Shown: positions 13,429-27,127 of the stretch, piece after piece
Position numbering within the stretch: the first letter of the stretch is position 1
Layout of the letters: every line of letters begins with the position of its first letter
Assembly (NCBI GenBank): GCA_002269645.1
Contig: NIVC01000690.1
Span: forward strand, 1-64,000
From: Macrostomum lignano
Lineage: Eukaryota
Reading direction: 5' to 3'
DNA length: 64,000 bases
Position numbers and translations under genes: made by a program
The notes under the pieces: model-generated
What the model was told of the DNA's origin: nothing
The model's database searches: none
Seen by the model: the letters and a program-made list of their open reading frames with translations, nothing else

Positions 13429-15294
13429 CAGATTTGTCTAGTTTTTTAATCCTGTTTACATGCAGTACGTCATGACGATAACCTTATTTAGCCAGGCTGT
13501 TTATTGTCAGTTGTGATCTGTGTTATTTTTATGATTATCGATCTGGTATTATCGGTAAAGCAGACTAAAAACACAGTAAACCTATATCAGAATTTTTCAG
13601 GTGTTGTTCTCGCAGCTTTTTTCATTTCCTATTATTCTTATGTAGGAACAATATTAGCAAAGAAATTGTTATGCAGTTATTACTTAGTTAGTACCCAGAT
13701 TATTGCATTAGAAAATCTGCAACGGCCAAAATGCAACAGACAGCAACGTCAGAAGCGGATCAATGCCGCCCCCCCCGTCCTACTGGCCTGTTGCTTCAGA
13801 CTATAATCCATTTTTTCGATCTGGCGCCTTCATGTATATGCAGTATAATGCTTAGCTTCACCAAGATCCTGCTGTTGCCTCTGCTACCTTTGAGCTGCGA
13901 TTTCTTCCTAATACTGTCTGTCTTTTTCTTCTTTTTTTCTTCTGCTTTTGCTATGCTAGCCCCGCCCAACGGCTAAATGTCTAGATGGCTTATTTTTAAC
14001 CTCGAAGCCAACAATAGCATACGTATAAAGCTTTTTATATGCCTATAAATAATCAGCACGAACAATAGCTTTATATAGGAGGGGCAACACGTGTGACAAG
14101 CGACGCAGGAATCTACTAAAATCTTCCTCAATAATAAAATCCCCCGGGCGGTAAGGGAGGCAGCGTTTTCCTGAGCTCTTCGTGGATTAAACTGCTTCGG
14201 CGGATTAATATAAGTGAAGCAGAATTCTGTGGTGGGGGGAGTTTCCTCTGTTATTCCTGCTTTCCAATCCTGTCAGGCATGCCGCAACGCGCCCCACCCC
14301 TCACCGTCTCCCTACCTGCAAGTCCGGCAAGTCTATTGCAGCCACTGCAGATTCGGGGGGGAACCGGATTAAAAAATCTCTCCTATACTGCATTATGCTT
14401 GTTATAGTCTCTCTTCCCGAGGAGATTATTAGGTTTCCCTTATCCTAATTCATACTTATAGGTAGAGAAAGAGAGAGAGAGAGAATGGCTTGTGTCAGAA
14501 AAGATTTGCCCAGCTGTGCTAACTGGCTGAAACTACTACTACTACAATAGTGGTAAAGTGCCCGCGTATCTACGGCTCCTAATATAGCAGAGCCGCGACG
14601 TTAATTTCAGAAGAAGAGGGCTTGTTCTGTAGTCTGATTATCTTGTAATTAGTTTTTATACTTTGTTTAATCTTCCGCTTTAACCACTCTCTCACCCTTG
14701 ATATCTTTTCTCCCCCATTTCTACTTCTCTTCCTTACTCCTCCTCTTTGCATCTCCGTATTTCCCCTTTTCCCATCTTCCTTCTCCACTAATCATAAGGT
14801 TTCCAGGGTCTCACCATCCCAGCGTTGGTCTATCCGTCTTTCTTTATACTTTTCTTCTAGCATTCAATAATTAGGACCCCTCATCCTCTTTGCAGGTGGG
14901 CTTAATTACCATCATCATCTTCTGAAAAATGTGTCCGACGCCTCGACAGCAAATAAGACGATGTCAGGGAAACGCACATTCTCTCGCAATACAGTTAGTT
15001 GCTTAGGGCATATTTTCTCGTACTAGAATGATGCATCGGTACGACGTATTCTAATGCATTCTGCGTCAGACTACGACTGGGTACGGGCACTGTAATTATG
15101 ACTTGTTTTTCGTCATCCTGCTCTGCATGAAATGCCCTGATTTCCAGGTTCGGAGAGTCAAATTAGGGATTGTGGGGACCCTGGAGGGGGAAGGTGAACT
15201 AGTCCTTCAGTGACTGGAGAGACTAGAAAGAGGCAGTCCTAAAGTATTGAAAGATGTGAGTAACAAGATCTGCTTTAGACGAAACTAGCTCGCA

Positions 15295-15780
15295 GAGTTG
15301 CAGGGTTGTGACGTCATGGAGATTGCAGAGTACGACGTCATAGAGATTGCAGGGTGTGACGTCATGGAGATTGCAGAGTGCGACGTCATAGAGATTGCAG
15401 GGTGTGACGTCATGGAGATTGCAGAGTGCGACGTCATGGAGATTGTAGGGTGTGACGTCATGGATATTGCAGGGTGCGACGTCATGGATATTGCAGGGTG
15501 TGACGTCATGGATATTGCAGGGTGTGACGTCATGTAGATTGCAGAATTGTGATGTCATGGAGATTGCAGAGTGCAAATCATAGAGATTGCAGGGTTGTGA
15601 TGTCATGGAGATTGCAGAGTGCGACGTCATGGAGATTGCAAGGTGTAATGTAATGTTATGGAGATTGCAGAGTGCGACGTCATGGAAATTTCACGGTGAG
15701 ACGTCATGGACATTGCGAGGTGTGATATTATGAAGATTTCAGGGTGCGACGTAATGGACATTGCAGGGTGCGACGTCACG
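15295..15780. repeat. 24-bp minisatellite containing (T/C)GACGTCA
   Basis: GATTGCAGGGTGTGACGTCATGGA repeated with period 24. Confidence 0.93.
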
Positions 15781-16892
15781 AAGAATGCTATTAGACAAAC
15801 CATTCTTAATCCGCTGAAGTTGGTGGAATGTTTTTAATAACATGCACTTCAGTATTATAATTACACATGCCGTTAACATAAGTTGAGTAAATGTGCTAGG
15901 CCGGGTAAATGTAAGGCGTTAACTAAGTATTCCTATATAAGCTAAGAGCCAAGAAGAGATGGGCGTTTTGCAGAAATCAAGAGGGAAAGAAAAGTGAATG
16001 AAGGGCAATGGGCTGTTGCAGTAAGTGGCAGGCTGGTGCTGCTGCTGATGGTGATGGTCATCGGAGTGAATCGGCGAGATGGGCTGTGGTGGTTGGGCCT
16101 AAAGCTGTTGACTGATGTAATGAAGTTTTGGGAAGAAACAGTGGCCATATGGGGTAAAGTTGCTATTTTCCAGCCCCTCTCTCTCCCTCTCGCTCGCCCG
16201 CCCTCCCTGGCTTAGAGCTCATTATCTCAGCTTGGAATCTTCGCGTGCACAGCCTCCTACTCCTCCATCTCTCTTCTCCCAGTGGCGGCTAGCATATGCT
16301 ATATAGTAAGTCTCCCTAAGTGTGGCAAAATTTTCCCATACAAGCTGCAAGACATATGCGAGTAGAAAAAAATCCTGTCAGTCTGTGATCTGATCCCGGC
16401 AGAACAGTGAAGTGTTGATAGTTTTAGCTTTGCCCCCCGCCCCCACCAGTTCTACCCCTCATCTCTCCCGCCCTCTCCCTCCCTCTCCCTCTTTCACTTT
16501 CCCACCCTGTGTGTGCAGTTCTGCATCGATTCCTTTGCAGTCTGGCGGGGGGGGGGGCACGAGGGAGAAAACACAGAAGAATTCGAGCGTTGCTGCACAC
16601 AGAAGTAGCTTCCAGAATGGAGGGGGGGGAGGTTTGCCGTTAAAACAGTGAAGTAAACAGTAGTAAGTATGGTAATAAAAGTATAGAAAGTAGTCCTTGC
16701 TACAGGACTCAAAAAAACTGCTGTCTGTCGCATAAAATAGATGACGGATTTAAATAAGTCGGGATTCCAGATTTAAACATAAAATATTTTGCAATAAAAA
16801 ATACATACTTTTTTATAAATTGTCAAATTACGAATTCCAATTAAGAAGTTACAAATATTACATGCAGGGAACTACATGTAATAATATGAGTA

Positions 16893-17420
16893 GAGAATCA
16901 CAGTGGTAGAGAACCACAGGGGTGGAGTATCATAGGGGTAGAGAGTCATGGGAGTAGAGAATCACAGGGGTAGAGAATCACAGGGGTAGAGAATCACAGG
17001 GGTAGAGAATCACAGGGGTAGAGAATCACAGGGGTAGAGAATCACAGGGGTAGAGAATCACAGGGGAGAGAATCACAGGGGTAGATAATCACAGGGGTAG
17101 AGAATCACAGGGGTAGAGAATCACAGGGGTAGAGAATCACAGGGGTAGAGAATCACAGGGGTAGAGAATCACAGGGGTAGAGAATCACAGGGATAGAGAA
17201 TCAAAGGGGGTAGAGAATCACAGGGGTAGAGAATCACAGGGGTAGAGAATCACAGGGGTAGAGAATCACAGGGGTAGAGAATCACAGGGGTAGAGAATCA
17301 CAGTGGTAGAGAATCACAGGGGTAGAGAATCACAGGGTAGAGAATCACAGGGGTAGAGAATCACAGGGGTAGAGAATCACAGGGGTAGAGAATCACAGGG
17401 GTAGAGAATCACAGGGGTAA
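16893..17420. repeat. 16-bp minisatellite
   Basis: GTAGAGAATCACAGGG repeated about 30 times. Confidence 0.96.
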
Positions 17421-17621
17421 AGAACCACATACGGACACGTGACAAAAACTGTAACCGCAGCACTGTGCAGTACAGAGGGACTTTATAAATTGCGATCTTT
17501 CTGCACAATGTTCACTCTTGCCTGGCAACTATTGAACACAATGGACTGTTTTGTCCCACGTTTCTTCTATCTCAGGAAATGCAGGCGGAAGATGTTTAGA
17601 GCGTAGTGCATGAATTGACAA

Positions 17622-17968
17622 TGACTGACTGACTGACTGACTGACTGACTGACTGACTGACTGACTGACTGACTGACTGACTGACTGATTGACTGACTGA
17701 CTGACTGACTGACTGACTGACTGACTGACTGACTGACTGACTGACTGACTGACTGACTGACTGACTGACTGACTGACTGACTGACTGACTGACTGACTGA
17801 CTGACTGACTGACTGACTGACTGACTGACTGACTGACTGACTGACTGACTGACTGACTGACTGACTGACTGACTGACTGACTGACTGACTGACTGACTGA
17901 CTGACTGACTGACTGACTGACTGACTGACTGACTGACTGACTGACTGACTGACTGACTGACTGACTGA
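17622..17968. repeat. (GACT)n microsatellite
   Basis: Near-perfect tetranucleotide run. Confidence 0.98.
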
Positions 17969-18804
17969 TTTGGCATTACTGCCACTAAACTATCTGCCTA
18001 TTTTTCTCTAATATCTGTCAAAGATTTTTTCTTTTACATTTTCCCTCGCTAAAACTGTCTATCTCCGAATTTCGACTTGGAATTCATTCAAACTTCTCTC
18101 TTTTCTTCATACACTTTCTCTCCCAGGAGAATAACCACCGCCCAAAGATAGATAGGATGCTTGTTTGCCAGACCAGGATGAAGAGTTAGCAGAAAAGGTT
18201 TGCTTGATCTTTCTTCCCCTTGGCGAACACTTCTTCCCCCTTATAGCCATAGTCGGCCATAAAAAGATACAAGAGGGAGGAAGAAGAAGTGCTTGGGAGG
18301 GAGGGTTGGTTAGAAATCGGCTCGATTTGATTTTGCCAGAGCCTATATAGGTCCAATAGATTGGAGTCCCATCTCATCCCCCCAGCCCCAGAGCACGGGG
18401 AAGGCCCATCTCGATCAGATCTGTCGGAGTTGGCGGCATGGTAGTAACTTTGAGGAGTGAGCAGTGGGGGTGAGGGAAATTAATGAGGAGAAAGAAAGTT
18501 GAAATCTTTGGGCCCCGGGTGCTGCTGCATCATGGCTAAGCTTCTATTCGGGTATATTCGATTCCTTCATCTTGCTATAAAATAATCTAAATCTTCCTGC
18601 TTCATCCGCCTCTTTAAGCTCGGCGCCCCAGTCCCACAGCCTCAAATGAATGCAACAGGGAAAGCTATATTGATAGATAAAAGAAATATAGGGATGAAGA
18701 TCCCGCACGCGCTGGCTATCCCTATATAGTTGATACTCGAAATCCGGATGGCTTAATTGAGTTTTTCGTGGGCCGGGCGCCTGATAGAAGGGAAACGCGG
18801 GGAC

Positions 18805-19062
<258 letters not shown>

Positions 19063-19711
19063 GATCAGATCACGTGACGCATAGCAAGGTGGCTGAAGGA
19101 AGACGAAAAGGGGGAAAGGAAGAGGCGAAGATTTTCGCCAAAGCGAATACCGAACAGTTAAAAGAGTTAAAAAGGTTGGAAGGAGGGAGAATTGATGAGG
19201 CAGAGAGTTTGGACGGCTTCCTAGAAACCCAACCCCCCCCCCCCTCAGTCCCCAGCCCATTGCGCTTAGCGGCGTTAATCTAATTCGCATGAAATACTCC
19301 TCTCCGAGTCGGGCGGGGGTTGAGGGAAAATTTGAGAAGATATCTCTGTAGGGCCTCTTCTCTCTTCTTCTGCTTTTTTGCTTGGAGAGATTAAGTTGTG
19401 CGTCGAGGGAAACGACGCGGCTTCTTCTTCTTCTTTTTAACCGCCCGCGCGAAGTCTCGAGTTTCCTTCGACTCTCGCGTTTTAGTCTGTTTTTTTCCTT
19501 TAGTGCGATAAGTTTTTCACCCCCCTATATTCCTAGGTAATATCCCCAATCAACCATGATGTATTACGTTGGCGCAATTAATCGGGTAAAAAAGGCTGAA
19601 TTACTGTAGCCATCTGCTGTCTTGATTTGTGTATATGGCTTCTAATTGCAATTTCTTGATTCATCTGCTTCACTTATAGTAAGACTTTGATTTTCAGTGA
19701 CTAATACTGTT

Positions 19712-20403
19712 TCAGTGATCCGAGTCTGTGCTTCAGTGACCCGAGTCTGTGCTTCAGTGACCCTAAACTGTGTTATCTGTATTTCAGTGACCCCAATCTG
19801 TATTTCAGTGACCTCAATCTGTATTTCATTGACTCCAATCTGCTTTTCAGTGACCCCAATCTGTATTTCAGTGACCCCGAACTGTATTTTAGTGACCCCA
19901 ATTTGTATTTCAGTGACCCCAATCTGTGTTTCAGTGACCCCAAACTGTGTTTCAGTGACAATAATCTGTGTTATCTCTATTTTAGTGACCCCAATCTGTA
20001 TTTCAGTGACCTCAATCTGTATTTCATTGACTCCAATCTGCTTTTCAGTGACCCTAAACTGTATTTCAGTGACCCCAAACTGTGTTTCATTCACCATAAT
20101 ATGTGTTATCTGTATTTCAGTGACCCCAAACTGTATTTCAGTGACCCCAATCTGTATTTCAGTCACCACAATCTGTATTTCAGTGACCCCAATCTGTATT
20201 TCAGTGACCCCAATCTGTATTTCAGTGACCCCAATCTGTATTTCAGTGACCCCAATCTGTATTTTAGTGACCCCAATCTGTATTTTAGTGACCCCAATCT
20301 GTATTTCAGTAACCCCAATCTGTATTTCAGTCACCCCAATCTGTATTTCAGTGACCCCAAACTGTATTTCAGTCACCCCAATCTGTATTTCAGTGACCCC
20401 AAT
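19712..20403. repeat. 21-bp minisatellite in the Musashi intron
   Basis: TTCAGTGACCCCAATCTGTAT repeated about 33 times, ending about 20 bp from the Musashi exon-5 donor. Confidence 0.95.
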
Positions 20404-20423
20404 CGGCATTCCGCAGGACTCAC

Positions 20424-23400
20424 CTTGCCCCCCTGTCCTGGCTTTCTTGGCACAGCAACTTTCGGATCGATCTGAAATGTCAACACAGATGCAATTGATT
20501 AGTTTTAAAATAGAATAAGCTTCAAAAGTAGACAAAATATTTTGAGCATAAAAAACCACATTAACTACTACTTTATTGTCCCAGAGCTCTGCAGCAGAGC
20601 CGGACTAGACTGTTAAAAAAACACTTGTACATCATAAAATTTAAAGAATAGTTACACTCTGCAGTGCCTCTTTGTCTCACAATTTTTCCACGTCAAACCA
20701 TGCCACTCTCCTCTCCACTCTCCCTCTGCCATCTCGTTCAATCCGACACAACACATTCACCCTTCTTCTCATACAAAATTTATGCAGTTTGAGACTTTGC
20801 CAGCTCATTAACTGAGTCCCTTAAAGCCCCCCCGCTCTGATGAAGCGGTTAACGAAAAAAACTCTTCAATCCTTGATGAAGCAGCCTCTCGCTTTTTTGT
20901 GTGCCAGGAAAGTTTCTGAGCACATTTCCCTGTAGGGAATTCAAATTACCAGTTGTATTACTCAGATCTGCAGCTCAGCCAACGCCTCAGCTAATCTCTA
21001 CTGTTATAGCGCTTTTGAGATTTACAAGGCTGCCAATTTTATTATCAGTGCAATTTAGATGCAGCCTAAACTAAATAACCCTTTAATCCTTTGCTAAAAA
21101 TTATACGATGTACCACAGGGCTGGACTGGAAAAGTCTACCATCTGTTACATGAGGATCTGCTCAAATTACTCAATCCGTTCTACTCCCTTTCTCTACTGT
21201 GTTCCCCTGCCTCTGTCTGGACTGTCTTTACTTCTTCTTTCTATATAGTATTCTCTGCATCACCTCGTCTCCCCTTTTACCTGGCCTACAGATGGGCCGT
21301 CTACCCCCCTGTATTTCCTCATCCACCGCGCTCCCCTCGCCCGGATACAGTCTCGCCTCAAATTTTCTACCGCAACTACCCCTCCCACTCTCTCTCTGTC
21401 TCTCTGTCTCACCCCGCCTTCCTTTTTCCCTTTGCCCGCCTCCTCAAATGCGAGAGGGGGGGGGGCACAGATGCAGCGAGCGTCACTTTCTTTTCTCTCT
21501 GCCCCTCACACGGCCTCATCTTCTCTGCTTGCCGCCGGAGGGAAGGCGGGGCAGCAGGCGGCTTGTTCTAAAGCAGCAATCTGGGATAGGAGGGGCGGAG
21601 TTCCTTTCTAACAAGGTACGCCGAATTGCTGCTGCTGCTGACGATGAAGTTTTCTGACAAAAAAAACTCGACACAAATTCAACTAACTATGGGAGGAGAC
21701 CGCCTGCGGCCATGGCTACATAGGAACCCTGGAGACTCATGCACAGCACAAAATCTACAGATATATATATATGTGTAGGCCTTTTGGAAGGGGAGATTTA
21801 GCCGCGAGGAATCTTCTCGTCTCTTTTTTTCCTTCATCAAAGCCGAATCGAGGAGGGATAGGCCGGCCTAACAGAAGTCTAGCCTTAGGGCCTAGGAAAA
21901 CTCGGAGTCTGCAAGCTTCATCTGTCCCCATCGTCTGCAGAGCTGCAGTAGAGAGAGAGAGTCGCTACTCCCGCTTGTTGCAGGCATTGAGTTTGATTTT
22001 CACTGTTGGGCTCCTCAAACTTCCTTCTTCCTGCATAGCTGCTGCCGTTCTGCCGTGTGTGTGCTGACAAAATACACACCCGAACTCCCCCCCTGCCTCG
22101 CTAGATACACAACGAGAACGAGCGACGTCCAGCCTTTTGCTGCTTCAGTAAACTTTGACTATTCCTGCATCTTCTTCTGCCCCCTTTCTGTTAGCTGTTG
22201 GCTTTGCTTCCGCACAGTTTCTCCCTAAAACCTCGCTTTCCCACCTTTACACTTCATTCTATATAGTCAAGCCAAAGCCTCAGAAATCCCCCAGGAAACT
22301 CTGAAATATGCCAGTTACTTTTTCCTGAGTCCTTTTCCTTTCGATTTTTTTTCAGATCAGCCTCCTCCTACAGGAACAGGTGGCTGAGTGACTCGCGACT
22401 ACAAATGCTTTCTATAGAACCCCATTTTCAACCCACTTTCTCTATCCTGAAGTTTGCTACTCTCAACAACGGAATTTAGCAGGGGATCAAGGAAGTCAGT
22501 TGACTCCTCCACTCTCCCAGGAACTCCCAGGAACCGTGAGAGTATAGTGACCAAACATTTTTCTTGCAATAGCTGGGCGAGAAACTTCGTTGGAGCTCCT
22601 ATCTCTAAACGGTATATTCGGTACATATTAGAAACTGGTAAAATTCATTCAAGAGCTCTATATCAGTTCAATGCATTCTGCAATACAATACGCCTTCGCT
22701 TCTGTGCCAACGTTTTGAGGACTGAGTTACGCGAGCTTTGTGTGCTTAAGAAGTGTTTGCTTAAATGCTTATGCATCAACGCGACGCAGTACAGTAATGC
22801 TGTTGAAGCTCCATCTAATACTCTCGATTATTGACATACACAGTGTAATAGAACGGTTGGTAAACGTCAAGAAATCTTAGAGTAGTTAAGAAAAGTATTA
22901 ATAAACGAGCATAATACCTTTTTAGACTCGAGAAAGTGTGGCGCGCTTTCCAACACTCTGTCAACGCTGCCGGGGTCAGCGAATGTGACGAAGCCAAAGC
23001 CTCTGGAGAGCGGGAGACAATGAATAGGATAGCATTTGCTTTTCTTTGCACATTACAATCTTCTGTCAGATCTTGTCTTCGAAAAAGCTCCTAAAACTGC
23101 AGCAGCAGCAGATGCTTAAAGTCACACGCTTCTAAAACCTCGAGATGGCATCGCAGCTCAAGCATCAGACCTGTGCACACCTTAACCCCCGGCTTCCTCT
23201 CCGCATGTGTGGTCCGCATAAAATTTCGATGTTTGGTTTGTAAAATATAATGTAATTTGATATATGGGGGGTTCGTTTTTGAGATTTTCTAAATTCAAGG
23301 AAGCCAAGAAAGTATATAGACAGGGAAATGACGATATTTCTTAGTTGCATACATTATACTAGGGAGGAGAAGCTATAAAGAGTGATTTAGGGTTGAAAGA

Positions 23401-24004
23401 ATAGAACAGTGGGAACTCATCACCTGCTGCTTTCATATGTTCGGTAGCCATGACTGCCTTTCATCGACAAGAAATTCCCCATTACCTAAAGAAAGGTGTC
23501 TTTATGTAGCTGAATTACAAAATTTATTATTGCGCTTACCTCGATCGCTTTGAAATTGGATCCTTCATTATCATGTACTCCTTAATTTCGCCAAATTTTA
23601 TAAAGTACTGATGCAACAGCTCTGAAACAGACGAAATGGTTGTTTATTAAGGATTTTACGTTTAGCGCTAGATTGAGGACATTTCATAGATGCCAATGAC
23701 TTTCAGTCACCTGGAGCAGTTGTTGGGCTAAGTCCTCCAACGAACATTTTTCTGGAACAATTGATAAAAACCAAAACGTTTATTTGAATACTATCGAGTA
23801 GTTGATGTTCGAAAAGATACATGTATTTAACTGCATGTTTTTTTGAAACCGATGTAATCATTTAAATATACAGTAATTTTTTGTCCCTAAAAACTTAAGG
23901 ATCGGATTAGATTCCAGTAAAAGTACTCACCCAGGATCGTTAGATCCAAGACCATTCATAGCCGCTTCCTCCGGGCTTCCACTTTCAATCGCATCCATTG
24001 TCAT
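20424..24004 (-). CDS. msi: Musashi-family RNA-binding protein, exons 1-5 (N-terminus and RRM1); 3' part not found in the window
   Basis: Exons 24004-23931, 23751-23711, 23621-23540, 23002-22918 and 20471-20424, all GT-AG and in frame: [113 protein letters not shown]2 (MFVGGL), RNP1 (RGFGFVTF) and the Musashi-type DPGKMF and IDPKVAxPR motifs are present. Missed by the ORF track. Confidence 0.9.
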
Positions 24005-27000
24005 GATGAATAAATTAAATGCAAACAAACAAGCTGAAAGATTAATTCAGTTATAGTTATAGCGAAGCGAAGATGGCAGGTTCATTCGCCTGATATATGT
24101 CGCTAATGCTACTGTGAAGTTGAGAGAGTTCGTTTAATAGACACTGGCGAAGAAAGAAAATACAATCAGGATCATGCAATCTATATGAAGTAATCTAATT
24201 GGACGAAAAGTTTTGTGGAGTTCAAAAGATTGTCTAAGAGTTTTCGTGCTAATTTTTGAAAAGTATACTCGTCATAAAATAGTATTTAACTTATTTTAAA
24301 GTTTTTAAAATTACTTTCGTTAAAAAACGTTTTAGCTAAGCTTTTTAGTTTGTTATACCACACAAATATTAAGCAAATTTTTTAAGCTCGCGAAATATAC
24401 GGAGAAGAAAAAATTAATCTTGCTCTAATTGTAGTAGCTGTACTCTCCTCGCTCACGACGGCGCGCGTTTGAGCTTGTGTTAAATGATAGATATAAATTA
24501 CTAATGCTTATATCTTGCTAATACGTGTTCATAATTTTAAATTGGAATAGTTTGAACGTTTATTTGATAATTTTTTATCTCCGTTGCGATTATTAATCAA
24601 CCGTTGCATTGATAAGTCTTATACTTTCTTAAAACCTTAAGACGAAGTAGAAGACATAAACATGTTAGCCTTCATGCCACATGGTCAAGACTCAAGTATT
24701 GATAATGATAAGTAATAAAAAAGTTATCAAACTAACATTAACAATGGATAGTATTTTTATTTTTATTTTTTAAATCAACATCTTTGTAATGTATTTTGCT
24801 TAATTTTTAAGTAGACTAGGCCTATCATGACCTGACGATTATTAATCATTAGGCCTATGAGTATGAGTAAGCCTAATAATTATTAATATTTATCATATGT
24901 TCATATGTTCTCATATGTCATATTATATGTTCTATTGCCAATTGCCATTGGCCTAAACAGTCTTGTAGTATTATATTTTATCTTCTCTTCCACAGTTCGG
25001 ATCATGTAGTAGTGTACGCCAAAACAAGAATCCTATCTCAGCTAAATGTACACCAGTGTACGCCAAAAACAAAAAATTCCCTAAAATGTATACCAAAAAT
25101 TCCTCCTAAAAAAGGTAATTTGGTTTTCATGTCCCAGGGCTCTTATTTATTCCTTTTGTTTAGCCTTACTTGCTGCCACCAAAGTTGTAACAGGCCTTTT
25201 GACTCCCTATGAAATTTCAATCGCTGACACCAAGGTGTTGCAGGGGTTATTCCTTCTTGTTAATATTGCTGGTTAATACTTGCCCTTTACTCGTAGCGCA
25301 TGTACTTCTATTGGTAGTGTCTGTACTTCTATTGGTAGCGTCTGTACTTCTATTGTACTTTCTGGCCTGAGCGGTCTATTGGCACTGTCTATTCTATTCC
25401 TATATTCCCTTTTAAAATATTATTCTCCCAGTCCTAGCGTTCCCGGGATCAGAGGGTCACAGCTCTAAAGCGAAATCCCTGCCCTGAGTGAGGCGTTTAT
25501 TCCTGCTCTGAAGCGATTCTTCTGCCCTGAGGCGAATATTCCTGCTCTGAAGCGATTCTTCAGCCCTGAGGTGATTCTCGCTTTTAGCGGATTTCTGACT
25601 CTCCCAATTGGGGTTTATACTCTAAGAAATGAACAAGTCAATTTTCAATTCTTCTTGTCAATTTTTAGCTTTTGCTAAAGCACACGAACAAACAAGTTGA
25701 ATGAGCTGGGCGAGTTGTCCGAGTTAGTCTTCCTGGCCCACTCAGAGCTTCTATTTATAGTAGAAATCATTACAGTTTATAACAAATATTAATCGCGAAA
25801 ATATTTTTGCAACTTACCACATTAAAACAAAGTTTTAGTGTGAATTTGAAATCGGCTCTTCTAAGAAATATAGACAGAAACGAGTAATTACTATGCGCCC
25901 TACCTCATTCACAAGTAGAGTTTTCTAAGAAAGGCTTACATACAAAAATTCGTTCAAATATTATGAATATTTTCATTCTAAACAAACTTCAATTAAACCT
26001 ACAGAAAAAAGAATACAAAATTTATATTCTTAGCAATAATTTACACAAGTTTTATTCATTGTTAATTTTAAAAAAGCAAAAAGTTTATCACTGACTTTTT
26101 AGACTATACAAATTTTCCTTCATTTTACGTAAAAACTAAAAAGGGTTAATTTACATTACAATTTTTATACATGGCATGAATTTATTCACCAAAATTGGTA
26201 TACCAAAAATTTCTCAAGCTCAAAGTGGTAGGCCTACACCAAAATAGTATGCCAAAATAGCCAAACTTTTCAATGGTACACCGAAAAATTCCAGCTTACA
26301 TGTAACCTTCCTGAGTGTGGCTTCTTTTATATATTATGGCTTTTTCCTATTTAGGTTTTCTCTTAGTCTAGGCATTTTTAGGATCAAAAGGTCATAGCTT
26401 ATATTCTAGTAGATATTTTGCCTTTTGATTTTTTGGCATAGGTAATTTCTTCAATTTTAAATCTAGACAACTAAAGAGCTCATTGTGAATAGTTTATTCT
26501 CTAGTCTCTAGGGCTATTCTTATGTCACTATCTACCATTCAAAATAAGTAAAATAGAAGTATTAGCCCCAAGGCTAATTATAAATGTTGTCTCCAAATAA
26601 AATAACTAGAGAGATAGGAACTTGGATGATCAGAAGAATAGATAAGTATCAAAATAAAAACAAGGGCAAGTTTATTTTTTGGCCTTTAGCTGACTCCTAT
26701 TTACAAAAATATTTTATTACTTGGGTAATTGAGGGTGTGTGTGGAGATCCCCCAGTCCTTGGACTAAACAGCCATATGCAGTCTTAAGATGTGCCATGCA
26801 ATAGCTATGACTGAGCTGTCGGTTGCACATCTGGCCCAATTGGGGCAGGTGTAAACAATTATTATCATTTTTGAAATCCCAAGAGTTCTAATAATTGTAC
26901 AAACTATAAATATTTCAAATGAAATATGAATTTCAAAAAATATAGGACTTAATTAGTTGTATGCAGCTTAAAAAACAAGATGCCAAAATTAAAACTGATG

Positions 27001-27127
27001 TCTTGACACAAGAAACCTACTATGCCAACTTTCAATCCACCTCAAATTTTCACTGCATGAAAGTGCATTGCTTTTACAAATTAATCTGCAAGTCCATATA
27101 TTCTAACAAAAAAACAATTGTGCCAAC

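Noticed and set aside
13980-14460. Cluster of three GGATTA sites as an enhancer
   Set aside because: Three hexamers in about 200 bp is within chance for a window this size.
19642-20559. 305-aa and 273-aa heptad-repeat ORFs as real proteins
   Set aside because: They derive from a 21-bp minisatellite in an intron, and the minus ORF crosses Musashi exon 5 in the wrong frame.
22399-22834. 75-aa and 126-aa ORFs
   Set aside because: They lie in Musashi intron 4 and show no recognisable motif or splice support.
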